Positions 18,827 through 27,806 of a stretch of DNA of 58,761 nt are shown in pieces. Every line of letters begins with the position of its first letter. Position 1 is the first letter of the stretch. The notes under the pieces were generated by a model. It was given only the letters and a program-made list of their open reading frames with translations, was not told where the DNA came from and searched no databases. This DNA is from an uncultured virus (IMG/VR IMGVR_UViG_3300031612_000001) (taxonomy: Duplodnaviria; Heunggongvirae; Uroviricota; Caudoviricetes): IMG/VR virus record IMGVR_UViG_3300031612_000001; one strand, written 5' to 3'. The translations under genes were made by a program, and so were the position numbers.

Positions 18827-19290
18827 TGTTTGGTAGTAAAAATAACGATATTGATGTAGATCAATTAAGAGAACAATTAACAATCGATGAAGGCAAGGTA
18901 AACGAGATTTATCTTGATCACTTGGGATATCCTACAGTAGGTATTGGTCATTTGATCTTAGAGACCGACGGTGAGCATGGCGGTGAAGTAGGCACAGCGA
19001 TTACCGAAGAAAGATGTGTAGAACTTTTTGAACATGATGTTCAGAGTGTCTTAGGTGATTGTATTAAACTACACGAAGCATGGGATGGATATCCCCAAGA
19101 AGTTAAACAGATCGTAGCAAATATGATGTTTAATATGGGATACACCAGATTATCAAAATTTAAAAATCACAATCTTGCTTTACAAAGTGGAGATTGGAAA
19201 CAGGCGGCCTTCGAAGGAAGAGATTCTAGATGGCATCAACAGGTTACAAACAGAGCAGAAAGATTGATGAGTAGGCTCGAAAATGTATAA
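18826..19290 (+). CDS. T4-lysozyme-like muramidase (GH24), probable endolysin
   Basis: E-x8-D-x5-T triad in DEGKVNEIYLDHLGYPTVGIGHL; NMMFNMG; DSRWHQQVTNRA. Confidence 0.92.
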   Translation: MFGSKNNDIDVDQLREQLTIDEGKVNEIYLDHLGYPTVGIGHLILETDGEHGGEVGTAITEERCVELFEHDVQSVLGDCIKLHEAWDGYPQEVKQIVANMMFNMGYTRLSKFKNHNLALQSGDWKQAAFEGRDSRWHQQVTNRAERLMSRLENV

Positions 19291-19293
19291 ATA
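19286..19293 (+). promoter_or_regulatory. T4-type late promoter
   Basis: TATAAATA, then SD GAGGA. Confidence 0.65.
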
Positions 19294-19314
19294 TCAATTT
19301 AAGAGGAAATAAAA

Positions 19315-19560
19315 ATGAAAACATTAAATTTACAAGGATCTGAGGCTGCTATAGCCACAGCATCTAATGTAGGCTTTGCCAAATTAGTAAGAGTGTTGAA
19401 CAATAAAACATCTGTTCAATTAATCACGCAGAAGAATGCAGGTGGAACAACGATTGCAACTGTAACTTTAGCAGGTAATGCAGTAGCTTATATTGCTAAA
19501 ACCGGTAGTGATACACTTACAGGTGCTGCAACAACTTTAGCGGTTGGCGTAACTTACTAG
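19315..19560 (+). CDS. Small beta-rich protein, possibly virion-associated
   Basis: A/T/V-rich; late promoter and SD. Confidence 0.5.
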   Translation: MKTLNLQGSEAAIATASNVGFAKLVRVLNNKTSVQLITQKNAGGTTIATVTLAGNAVAYIAKTGSDTLTGAATTLAVGVTY

Positions 19561-19570
19561 AAGATAAAAA

Positions 19571-20053
19571 ATGGCTTATTCAAAGGAAGTAGTACAACGG
19601 TTCGAAGCCGTTCTCGCGAACCCACATAAGCACGCTGTCGGTTCACTGGATAGAAACAATCCCAAGGTTGCAACAGGACTTGCAGGAGCTCCTGCGTGTG
19701 GTGATGTAATGCAACTACAACTATTACTCGATGATGACGAAAAGATTGTCGATGTAAAATTCAAGACTTACGGATGTGGAAGTGCTATTGCATCTTCTTC
19801 GTTGTTCGTTGACTTGATGATGGGTAAGACTATTGAAGAAGCAAAGCTAATCAAAGACAAAGACATTGCAGATGCATTACAACTACCACCAATTAAGTTG
19901 CACTGTAGTGTATTAGCAGAAGATGCCATCAAACAAGCTATGGTAGATTACGAGTCTAAACAATCAGAAGATTATAAACATCCAATCTTAGACCATTCAT
20001 TGATTGGTCATAATAACCCTCCAGAGGTTGATGATGCTCGAGTTAACGAATAA
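19571..20053 (+). CDS. iscU: Fe-S cluster scaffold IscU
   Basis: GAPACGDVM, FKTYGCGSAIASSS, LPPIKLHCSVLAEDAIK. Confidence 0.97.
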   Translation: MAYSKEVVQRFEAVLANPHKHAVGSLDRNNPKVATGLAGAPACGDVMQLQLLLDDDEKIVDVKFKTYGCGSAIASSSLFVDLMMGKTIEEAKLIKDKDIADALQLPPIKLHCSVLAEDAIKQAMVDYESKQSEDYKHPILDHSLIGHNNPPEVDDARVNE

Positions 20054-20354
20054 CGCAATAACACATATTTTAAAAGAATCCATAGAAATGCTTGACCCTG
20101 CAATCAGAGTTGGTATTACTGGTGGAGGCTGTGGTGGGTATGAATACGTTTTAGAATTTGCAAATAAACTAGAAGATGACGATCATATTCTTGACTTCGG
20201 TAAGTTCATAATTGTAATAGATCCTACTTCACAACCTTACATTGAAGGTTCTACCTTAGACTTCGTCTCAGAAGGACTAAATCAATCATTTAAATTTGCT
20301 AATCCTAACGTTGCAATGGCGTGTGGATGTGGGGTTTCTGTTCATTTCGAGTAA
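20031..20354 (+). CDS. iscA: A-type Fe-S carrier (IscA/HesB)
   Basis: GGGCGGYEY, F.F.NPN...CGCGVS; start reassigned using SD GAGG. Confidence 0.93.
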   Translation: MMLELTNNAITHILKESIEMLDPAIRVGITGGGCGGYEYVLEFANKLEDDDHILDFGKFIIVIDPTSQPYIEGSTLDFVSEGLNQSFKFANPNVAMACGCGVSVHFE

Positions 20355-20375
20355 ACAACTAGTATAAATAGTTGT
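20355..20375 (+). promoter_or_regulatory. Late promoter TATAAATA (20363-20370) inside a hairpin
   Basis: ACAACTA-GTATAAA-TAGTTGT directly before ATG 20376. Confidence 0.7.
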
Positions 20376-20672
20376 ATGAACGAATTGTTTAAAATTATTG
20401 ATGAAGTTGGTATGCCTATTGCGAGTGCTGCAATCAGTGGCTACTTCATATTCATAATAATTAAACAAATATTGTCCGGCTCGGTCAAACAAATTGAGAC
20501 TCTTACAATGTTTTGTAAGTCATTAGAGAATAGAGCAAGAACTATGTCTAATGAAATGATTAAGATAGACCTATTAGTAAGTAGTGCTCTAGATTTAAGA
20601 CCAGACATTGAGAGAATAGCTAGGGCAGAGAACTTTATAGAAGATGGAAAGATCGACTCTAGGAGAGATTGA
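20376..20672 (+). CDS. Single-TM coiled-coil membrane protein
   Basis: EVGMPIASAAISGYFIFIII TM; resembles next ORF. Confidence 0.6.
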   Translation: MNELFKIIDEVGMPIASAAISGYFIFIIIKQILSGSVKQIETLTMFCKSLENRARTMSNEMIKIDLLVSSALDLRPDIERIARAENFIEDGKIDSRRD

Positions 20673-20971
20673 TGCAAGTAGCTTCGTTAATAACTGAATA
20701 CGGTTTCAATGTAGTAGCTATTGTATTCCTAGGGTATTTTGTTTATTACGTATGGCAGTTTGTCACTATGACACTCAACCCAGCTTTAGGCAAAATGCAT
20801 ATAGCACTTATAAGAGTCATTGATCAGACAAGAATGTTAGATCAAGATATGATACGTTTACAGCAGAAAGTAAATGTAGTTATAACCATGAAGGAGAAGA
20901 TTGATATTATAAACGATGCTGAAGAAAAAGAAGCTTTAGCGGAGAGGAAGAAAAATGATAAAAAAGATTGA
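20669..20971 (+). CDS. Single-TM coiled-coil membrane protein (likely paralog of upstream gene)
   Basis: EYGFNVVAIVFLGYFVYYVW TM; RMLDQDMIRLQ. Confidence 0.6.
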   Translation: MMQVASLITEYGFNVVAIVFLGYFVYYVWQFVTMTLNPALGKMHIALIRVIDQTRMLDQDMIRLQQKVNVVITMKEKIDIINDAEEKEALAERKKNDKKD

Positions 20972-21503
20972 AAGTAAATTACACGTTGTAAGATTAATAC
21001 TATTAGTAGGAGCAGTTACGCTTGGAATTAATTACGCAACAGCAGATGAATTAGTACACAAATTTAAAAGTCCATCCTTTAGTGGTATAGGCACATCATC
21101 TCACTACTTAACTATTGAGAATCAAGAGTTTTCTAGAAAGAAAGCAATAGCAGATGATATCGAATCAGCGTTATTACAAGCTGAAAGAGATGCAGAAAAT
21201 ACTACACTTGCTAAGTTCATGAGAAATTTAGAGAGCAGAATATATGCTCAACTTAGTAAACAGTTAGTAGAAAGTTTATTTAAAACATGTGATACTACAG
21301 ACCCTGCATGCACAGTATCTAGTTTTGGTAGTTTTGTTCTAGAAGGTAATACCATTACTTATCAAAGAACATCGTGTGATTCATCTCAATGGGCATGTAC
21401 ACAAGGGGAAGACGTAATAGTAATGACGATTATAGCAGAAGATGGTTCTGAAACTACGATCGTAATACCAATAGGTGGCGGAAGTGCTGGAACAGGCGGG
21501 TAA
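20955..21503 (+). CDS. csgF: Curli assembly component CsgF
   Basis: Signal peptide then DELVHKFKSPSFSG (CsgF F.NP.FGG-like), F..NLESRIYAQLS, TTIVIP. Confidence 0.85.
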   Translation: MIKKIESKLHVVRLILLVGAVTLGINYATADELVHKFKSPSFSGIGTSSHYLTIENQEFSRKKAIADDIESALLQAERDAENTTLAKFMRNLESRIYAQLSKQLVESLFKTCDTTDPACTVSSFGSFVLEGNTITYQRTSCDSSQWACTQGEDVIVMTIIAEDGSETTIVIPIGGGSAGTGG

Positions 21504-22395
21504 ATATCTCGGCGTAATAGCCGTAGGAATACTTCTATCTAGTTGTGCTGGAATGCCAAGCATGACAGACAGTTGCACCACTCCTATTATGAATGCTATA
21601 GGAGAATGTAAAGAAGATCCTATCGTTGTGCATTTACCTACTCACACAGAATTACTTGAATTACATGCACCAGAAAAATCTCCAATAGTTGCAGTATATA
21701 AGTTTCCTGATTTGACAGGACAAAGAAAGCAAAAAGGAGATTCTGCTATGTTTAGTACTGCAGTATCTCAAGGCGCTTCAACGATGTTGATTGATGCTTT
21801 AAAATCTGCTGGTGGTGGAACATGGTTTAGAGTAGTAGAAAGAGTGGGTATAGACCACTTAACAAGAGAACGTCAGATCGTTCGAAATACAAGAGAACAA
21901 TATGGAGAAGAAGATAATACAGGTTTAGCACCACTTCTTTTCGCTGGAATCATTCTTGAAGGAGGTATCATTGGATTTGATACTAATATCGAGACTGGAG
22001 GTGCAGGAGCTAGAACTCTCGGAATAGGAACAACACGTGCCTATAGAAGAGATATGGTAACTGTGCATTTAAGAGCCGTTAGTACATTGACGGGTGAAGT
22101 TTTATTAAATGTACAAACATCAAAAACTATTTTGGCTGTCGCTAATAGTTATGATGTTTTTAAATTCGTCGATATGGCAACGAATCTTGTAGAAATAGAA
22201 GATGGCGTTACTGAAAATGAATCGGTAACAAGGTCACTACGGTCAACGATCGAAGAGGCAGTGTTAGAACTAATATACCAAGGACATGACAGAGGTTTTT
22301 GGGAAATAAAAGAAGGTCATCGTCACCCCCATCAAGCAGATGGTATAAACGAGAAGCATTCTTTAGAGGAAAACAACGATGAAATTATTAAATAG
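21475..22395 (+). CDS. csgG: Curli secretion channel CsgG (lipoprotein)
   Basis: Lipobox LLSS-C; VAVYKFPDLTGQRK, FSTAVSQG, WFRVVER.G...L.RERQI.R, EGGIIGFDTN..TGG.GAR, LRAVST.TGEVL. Confidence 0.93.
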   Translation: MAEVLEQAGKYLGVIAVGILLSSCAGMPSMTDSCTTPIMNAIGECKEDPIVVHLPTHTELLELHAPEKSPIVAVYKFPDLTGQRKQKGDSAMFSTAVSQGASTMLIDALKSAGGGTWFRVVERVGIDHLTRERQIVRNTREQYGEEDNTGLAPLLFAGIILEGGIIGFDTNIETGGAGARTLGIGTTRAYRRDMVTVHLRAVSTLTGEVLLNVQTSKTILAVANSYDVFKFVDMATNLVEIEDGVTENESVTRSLRSTIEEAVLELIYQGHDRGFWEIKEGHRHPHQADGINEKHSLEENNDEIIK

Positions 22396-22441
22396 AAGTC
22401 TTTCTATTTGGGATACTTCATTACCTGAGAGGAAAATAAAA

Positions 22442-23170
22442 ATGAAAATGTTAAATAAATATATCGCTTTTGTTGTTTTATTATGTCCTGTAGTTGCATT
22501 CGCCGCGGCCAACGATAACAAAGTGTTATTGGATCAAGCTGGTGATACCCTTACTTTAACCATTGATCAAATCGGTTATGGTAACAAATTATGTGGTTCA
22601 ATGAGTGGGACAGATTGTGCAACTGACTGGATATTAACTGGTAGCAGTGTGACAATGGATATTGATATGATTGGTAACTTAAACCGAATATTCGGACCAA
22701 CCTTGTTTGATAGTACTGATGTTGACTTAAAGTTAACTGGTAATAGCAACATATGGGATTGGAACGTAGGTTACGGTGGAAGTGCAGATAGTTCAACAGT
22801 AGATGTTGCAGTAGCTGGTAACAGTAATACTTTTGATATAGATTGGGGATTTGCTGCTTCAGCTGAAAGGTTGAACATGGATCTAGATATCACTGGTAGT
22901 TCAAACGTATGGGATATTAATATTGATGCTGATGATGTAACATGGGACATAGACGTAATAGGAAGTTCAAACAACTTTGCTACTACTCAGTCTGATGGTG
23001 CATATCAATCAGTTACTATGGAGTGGATTGGGTCAAGTGGAGATATAGATATCTTACAAACATCTGGTACATGTCCAACTGGCGTCTCTGGATGCTACTC
23101 AATAATTAATGCGGACTTTGATACAGAAAATGCTACAGTCAATATTAAGCAAAAAGATACTGCTGACTAG
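22442..23170 (+). CDS. Secreted beta-solenoid curlin-like protein
   Basis: Signal peptide; repeats D.D..G(N/S)(S/L)N; alternative in-frame start at 22379. Confidence 0.65.
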   Translation: MKMLNKYIAFVVLLCPVVAFAAANDNKVLLDQAGDTLTLTIDQIGYGNKLCGSMSGTDCATDWILTGSSVTMDIDMIGNLNRIFGPTLFDSTDVDLKLTGNSNIWDWNVGYGGSADSSTVDVAVAGNSNTFDIDWGFAASAERLNMDLDITGSSNVWDINIDADDVTWDIDVIGSSNNFATTQSDGAYQSVTMEWIGSSGDIDILQTSGTCPTGVSGCYSIINADFDTENATVNIKQKDTAD

Positions 23171-24275
23171 CCTTTTATTAGGCAGTGCATTCGTCTTTGC
23201 TGACGACATAGGTGGAATCGAAGAGCATAAGGGCAGTGGTGGTATTACTCGAGAAGGAGAAAGTATTACCACTGAGCTTGGTTTAGCTATTCAGCAATTA
23301 GATCATGTAGAAACGGCAAAAGGCCGTATGTTACTTAAGTTCCTAGATGATTCTGTAGTTCGGTTAACTGAACATACAGAAATTACATTGACTGAGTACT
23401 ATTACGATCCTAATAAAAAAGCTGATGCTAGGATGACAATGAAATTTGTGTCAGGCACTGCACGGTTTTCTACAGGAAGATTGGGATTAGTACCCAAAGA
23501 AAATATACTAATAGAAACACCTACAGCTTCAATACAAGTTAGAGGTACAGATTTTACTACATCAGTAGATGAGCTAGGGAGAAGTTTAATTATTCTTCTG
23601 CCTGAAACTGAATGTACTATCGATGGTGATTGTTCTCCAAGTGGAGCAATAACAGTTACTAACGATGGTGGAGTTGTTGAGTTAACAGAAGCTTACCAAG
23701 CCACAATGGTATCAAGTATGAGTACTATACCAACCCAACCATTAGTGTTGAACAATATAAGTTTAAATATGATTGATAATATGTTTATTGTCAATCCACC
23801 GAGAGAAATACGTGAACGACAAAATGAAGAATCTACTGGAAGTAACGATTCTAGCGTTAGTATTCTTGACTTCACTGATCTCGATACAGATTACTTAGCA
23901 GAAGATTATCTCGCTGAAGATGATTTAGAATTTAATGAACTTGACATGGACTTATTAGATGTCGATTTCTTACAAGATGTATTAGTTTCTTTAGAGAAGG
24001 TTAGTATATTTAATAGAAAAAGCAGTAACTCTGGAGAGCAAGGGGATATTGTAGGAACAACAGCACCAGGCTTTGATAAAGAGACACAGTATAATACTAT
24101 TATCGATCAAGGAGCTGGACAAATTTGGTTCTATAGAGATGTAAACGGAGTAGTTTCCGTACGTATACCTATAGGAACAAATGCAACTTTGGAGACAGAA
24201 AATGAAGGCAGGAAAAATAATATTATCGTTGGTGATGGCCAATCTGTTATTATCATCATTCGTCAAGGCGGATAA
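23109..24275 (+). CDS. FecR-domain periplasmic protein
   Basis: Signal/anchor; F.DDS.VRLTEHT, G..RF..G, TPTASIQVRGTDF; acidic linker; start may be 23130. Confidence 0.8.
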   Translation: MRTLIQKMLQSILSKKILLTSLLLGSAFVFADDIGGIEEHKGSGGITREGESITTELGLAIQQLDHVETAKGRMLLKFLDDSVVRLTEHTEITLTEYYYDPNKKADARMTMKFVSGTARFSTGRLGLVPKENILIETPTASIQVRGTDFTTSVDELGRSLIILLPETECTIDGDCSPSGAITVTNDGGVVELTEAYQATMVSSMSTIPTQPLVLNNISLNMIDNMFIVNPPREIRERQNEESTGSNDSSVSILDFTDLDTDYLAEDYLAEDDLEFNELDMDLLDVDFLQDVLVSLEKVSIFNRKSSNSGEQGDIVGTTAPGFDKETQYNTIIDQGAGQIWFYRDVNGVVSVRIPIGTNATLETENEGRKNNIIVGDGQSVIIIIRQGG

Positions 24276-25014
24276 TACTAACAGTATAACCATAGGTCAG
24301 GTTAGTAACGCAGACACTGATAATCTTAATTTAAGCATAGAACAAATAGGTTACGATAATAAAGTTAATCTAAAGATTGCTCATAGGAATAATTCTATAT
24401 TCTTTAAACAGCAAGGACACAATAACGAGCTGTCGTTCTTCCCTACTTGGGGTCAACAATCAGGTGGTGATATAGACGGCGCAAGTAATTCGTTACACAT
24501 GGAACAAAACTGTACTTTAAGTAGTTGTGCTAAATCAGATATCAACCTGCATATTTTAGGAAGTTCTAATAGTGTTCGATGGGGTCAAGGGTTATATCTA
24601 TCAGGCTCATCTGACACAACATTCGCTAATGATAATGATGAAGGTGGCGGTCATACACTTAACCTAGATATTCATGGTAGTAATAATTCATTATCTGGTT
24701 ATCAACGAAATGGTAACAATAATCAATATTCACCTCATACTGCTACTGTATATTTCTATTCAAGTAATAATTCATTCTATGTAGTTCAAGAAACAGACGG
24801 AACTAAAACTGCTACCTTGAAAACAACCAATGATGGTAATACAGGTTCTTTAAACCAAAGTGGAGGCGGAGCTCATAACGCTAATGTTACATTAAGCGGC
24901 TCACAACCAACCACATTTAATTTAACTCAACAAAGTAACTCAGCACAATCATACACATTAATTCAGAATTGTCAAACTTCAGGTGGATGTAACATTGCGG
25001 TCTTACAACAGTAA
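24202..25014 (+). CDS. Curlin-repeat (CsgA/B-like) secreted protein
   Basis: Signal peptide; QIGYDN, QQGHNN, ILGSSN, IHGSNN, QSGGGAHN repeats; N/Q/S/G-rich. Confidence 0.7.
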   Translation: MKAGKIILSLVMANLLLSSFVKADNTNSITIGQVSNADTDNLNLSIEQIGYDNKVNLKIAHRNNSIFFKQQGHNNELSFFPTWGQQSGGDIDGASNSLHMEQNCTLSSCAKSDINLHILGSSNSVRWGQGLYLSGSSDTTFANDNDEGGGHTLNLDIHGSNNSLSGYQRNGNNNQYSPHTATVYFYSSNNSFYVVQETDGTKTATLKTTNDGNTGSLNQSGGGAHNANVTLSGSQPTTFNLTQQSNSAQSYTLIQNCQTSGGCNIAVLQQ

Positions 25015-25071
25015 ATTTACAAAATATAGGATGCTTTTGCAATACAAAGGATTATATATAGATGTATACGT

Positions 25072-26922
25072 ATGAAATATATTACAAGTATATGGGCTTC
25101 ATTAGCCTTCATAATTGTTCTAGGACTCCTACGATTAGATGACCCAGCTATAGTAGAACAGATCAGGTTAAACACCTTTGATCAATATATCAAAAGCTTA
25201 CCCGACAAGGAATCCGAGCAGATTGTTCTAATTAATATAGGTGAAGGTTCTCTAGGAGTCCTAGGGCAATACCCTTTCCCACGACAAACCTACGCACAGA
25301 TAATATCTGATCTAAGAAGCTCCAATGCTGGAATGATTGGGTTTACATTTATGTTCCCTGAAAAAGATAGATTTGGTGGTGACGAAGTGTTTGCGTCATG
25401 GATTGAAGGTAATGGTATTATCCTAGCACAAGATGCTGATTCGAATGGTAGGAGTAAGAAAGCACCTTATGTAGGAACAGCTTTTAAGGGGCGTGGCGAT
25501 CCCTATGAGTTCGTTTATAAATACGGAGGATTAATAACCAATATAGAAATTTTGGAGGCCGCCAGCGAGGGTGTAGGGCTCACCAATGCAGCCCAAGAAG
25601 TAGATAATATAACTCGTAGGATACCACTTATATCTCAAGTCAATAACCAGTTATACCCTTCATTCGCTTTAGAATTAATCAGAGCATTACAACAAAAGAA
25701 ATCGTATACAATGCATGTAGAAGATTATGGAATCGTTGATGTAATGATACCACCATACGAACCAATGAAGACCGATCCAAATGGAACTATATGGCTAAAC
25801 ACAAACTATACGTTTAATGAATTAGAATACGGTGTAGATGATTTAGGTGATTTGGAAGGGAAGACAGTTATAGTAGGATTGTCTGCTAAAGGAATTGCTC
25901 CTCAAGTTCCGACTCCACAAGGATTGTTCTATCCTCATCAGATTCAAGCTTCTACTCTTCAGACGATAATGGATGGTTCTTCGATATCTCGTCCGGTGTG
26001 GGCTGATCTTGCGGAGATAGGTCTAATTCTAATTGGCGGTCTGATGATTGTTCTATCAATATTCTATCTCCCTGTAATTGCAGGTGTAGTAACCTCCGCC
26101 TTCGTTGGCTTTGGATCTGCATTCGTCGCATATTACGCCTGGTCTGAATTTCAAATACTCCTTGATTTATCGGCCCCTCTACTGATATATATAATTGTTT
26201 TCGCCTCAGCTAGTTTTAGTAATTTCTATAAACAATTCAAACTAAGACAACAAATTAAAAAGCAGTTCGGCACGTATCTCTCTCCTGACATGGTGAACGC
26301 ATTACAAAAAAATCCAGATCTATTAAAGCTTGGTGGAGAGAGAAAAGAAATGACATTCTTATTTATGGATATTGTAGGGTTCACCCCCATATCAGAATTC
26401 TATAAGAATAAAGACGATCCTGAAGGATTGGTAGAACTGGTCAATGAGTTCCTAGATGCTATGACAAAGATCATATTAGCAAACGGTGGAACGATAGACA
26501 AATACATGGGTGATTGTATAATGGCATTTTGGAATGCACCATTAGCATGCTCTAATCATGCCGAAATGGCAGTCAAATCGGCAATAGAAATAGAGGCAAA
26601 GACAAATGAACTCAAAGACGTTTACAAGAAACGCGGCTTACCTGACATTAATGTTGGCACTGGTGTCAATACTGGAGATTGTATTGTTGGTAATATGGGC
26701 AGTGAATCCAGATTTGATTACTCCGTTATTGGAGATGCTGTTAACCTTGCTGCAAGACTGGAAGCTACAGCAGCACGGGGTGAGTACTTAGAGAACAAGA
26801 CTATTATCTCTAGTCACACAATGGAGCAACTCGTACAGATCGAATCGAGGCAAATAGGTCAAATTAAGGTTAAAGGGAAAGAAGAGCTTATAACCATATA
26901 TGCACCTTATATAACTAAATGA
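25072..26922 (+). CDS. CHASE2-domain class III adenylate cyclase
   Basis: TM-CHASE2 (GQYPFPR, D..TRRIPL, YPSFALE)-3TM-cyclase with FMDIVGFT, IDKYMGDCIMAFWNAP, DYSVIGDAVNLAARLE. Confidence 0.93.
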   Translation: MKYITSIWASLAFIIVLGLLRLDDPAIVEQIRLNTFDQYIKSLPDKESEQIVLINIGEGSLGVLGQYPFPRQTYAQIISDLRSSNAGMIGFTFMFPEKDRFGGDEVFASWIEGNGIILAQDADSNGRSKKAPYVGTAFKGRGDPYEFVYKYGGLITNIEILEAASEGVGLTNAAQEVDNITRRIPLISQVNNQLYPSFALELIRALQQKKSYTMHVEDYGIVDVMIPPYEPMKTDPNGTIWLNTNYTFNELEYGVDDLGDLEGKTVIVGLSAKGIAPQVPTPQGLFYPHQIQASTLQTIMDGSSISRPVWADLAEIGLILIGGLMIVLSIFYLPVIAGVVTSAFVGFGSAFVAYYAWSEFQILLDLSAPLLIYIIVFASASFSNFYKQFKLRQQIKKQFGTYLSPDMVNALQKNPDLLKLGGERKEMTFLFMDIVGFTPISEFYKNKDDPEGLVELVNEFLDAMTKIILANGGTIDKYMGDCIMAFWNAPLACSNHAEMAVKSAIEIEAKTNELKDVYKKRGLPDINVGTGVNTGDCIVGNMGSESRFDYSVIGDAVNLAARLEATAARGEYLENKTIISSHTMEQLVQIESRQIGQIKVKGKEELITIYAPYITK

Positions 26923-26935
26923 TCTAAGAAAAGCC

Positions 26936-26964
26936 TGTACATACGCCTAAAAGCATGGTATAAT
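26936..26964 (+). promoter_or_regulatory. Sigma70-like early promoter
   Basis: TGTACA-N17-TATAAT; near copy of the 27471 promoter. Confidence 0.8.
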
Positions 26965-26996
26965 AGTATATCAAATAATCATACAAGGCATGAAAT

Positions 26997-27443
26997 ATGG
27001 GATTATCACAATACAACGGTATCACCGTCCTGATAGATGGCAGAATTAAAGCTTCTGCTGTGGTGGACGAATACGTAGGCCTGCTATGTAGAGAACTGAA
27101 TATCCACCGTCTAAAGAACAAACTCATCCACATTAGATTCGTTACTCGCCTAGAAGGTATGTATGGTTGTGGCTGGGGATGTAAGAAAGAAGGTGTAGCC
27201 GAGATCAAGATAGCAAGATGGGTTGAGAAAGAAAAGATAGCATACGAAGATATGATGGTAACCCTAGCCCATGAGATGGTCCACATTAAGCAATACTTCA
27301 GAGGAGAGCTTAATGGCAGTAACCACCGGTGGGTCTGGAAAGGCAGAAAGGCTGATGGATGGCAATATGAGAACCAACCGTGGGAACGTGAAGCCACAAG
27401 ACTAGAGCTTCCTTTGTATAAGAAATGCTTTCCTTATAACTAA
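26997..27443 (+). CDS. Zincin-like metallopeptidase domain protein
   Basis: TLAHEMVHIKQ (HExxH), Y..QPWE.EA. Confidence 0.75.
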   Translation: MGLSQYNGITVLIDGRIKASAVVDEYVGLLCRELNIHRLKNKLIHIRFVTRLEGMYGCGWGCKKEGVAEIKIARWVEKEKIAYEDMMVTLAHEMVHIKQYFRGELNGSNHRWVWKGRKADGWQYENQPWEREATRLELPLYKKCFPYN

Positions 27444-27470
27444 ATGATCTAAATAAAGTGTAAATAAAGG

Positions 27471-27499
27471 TGTACATATGCCTAAAAGTATGGTATAAT
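27471..27499 (+). promoter_or_regulatory. Sigma70-like early promoter
   Basis: TGTACA-N17-TATAAT. Confidence 0.8.
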
Positions 27500-27533
27500 A
27501 GCTATATTAAATAATGAAAAAGGGTGAGAATAT

Positions 27534-27713
27534 ATGACTAGAATAGAAGCTATAAATGAAATCATCGCGATTGATCTAGCCGAAGAGAATTGGACAGACA
27601 AAGAGTGGATGGAAGACGCAAAATTCATCACCCAAGCCGAGTACGATGCACACAAGGATACACCCACTGATATCGTTCTTTACCCTATGACTATGTCATG
27701 GTCGGTGGAGTAA
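27534..27713 (+). CDS. Small acidic early protein, 59 aa (not in ORF track)
   Basis: MTRIEAINEII...; SD GGGTGAG; lies between two promoters. Confidence 0.6.
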   Translation: MTRIEAINEIIAIDLAEENWTDKEWMEDAKFITQAEYDAHKDTPTDIVLYPMTMSWSVE

Positions 27714-27715
27714 TG

Positions 27716-27774
27716 AAAATAAACGAAAATAAACGAAAATAAACCTTTACTTTTGCTTAGAAGTATGGTATAAT
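27716..27774 (+). promoter_or_regulatory. Early promoter with tandem AAAATAAAC UP-like repeats
   Basis: AAAATAAAC x3 at 10-bp period, then TTTACT-N17-TATAAT. Confidence 0.75.
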
Positions 27775-27806
27775 AGTATTATAAATTAAATTAATTGGAG
27801 TTAATT

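Noticed and set aside
19599..19610. GGTTCGAAGCC resembling a tRNA T-arm
   Set aside because: Inside iscU coding sequence; no cloverleaf seen.
20955..22395. csgF/csgG in a phage as a novelty by itself
   Set aside because: Already reported in marine T4-like myophages; only the wider operon logic is flagged.
26924..27397. 157-aa minus-strand ORF
   Set aside because: Antisense to the HExxH gene, which has its own promoter; no recognisable motifs.
27716..27745. Tandem AAAATAAAC repeats as a CRISPR or mini-array
   Set aside because: 10-bp period with no spacers; better explained as phased A-tracts of a promoter.
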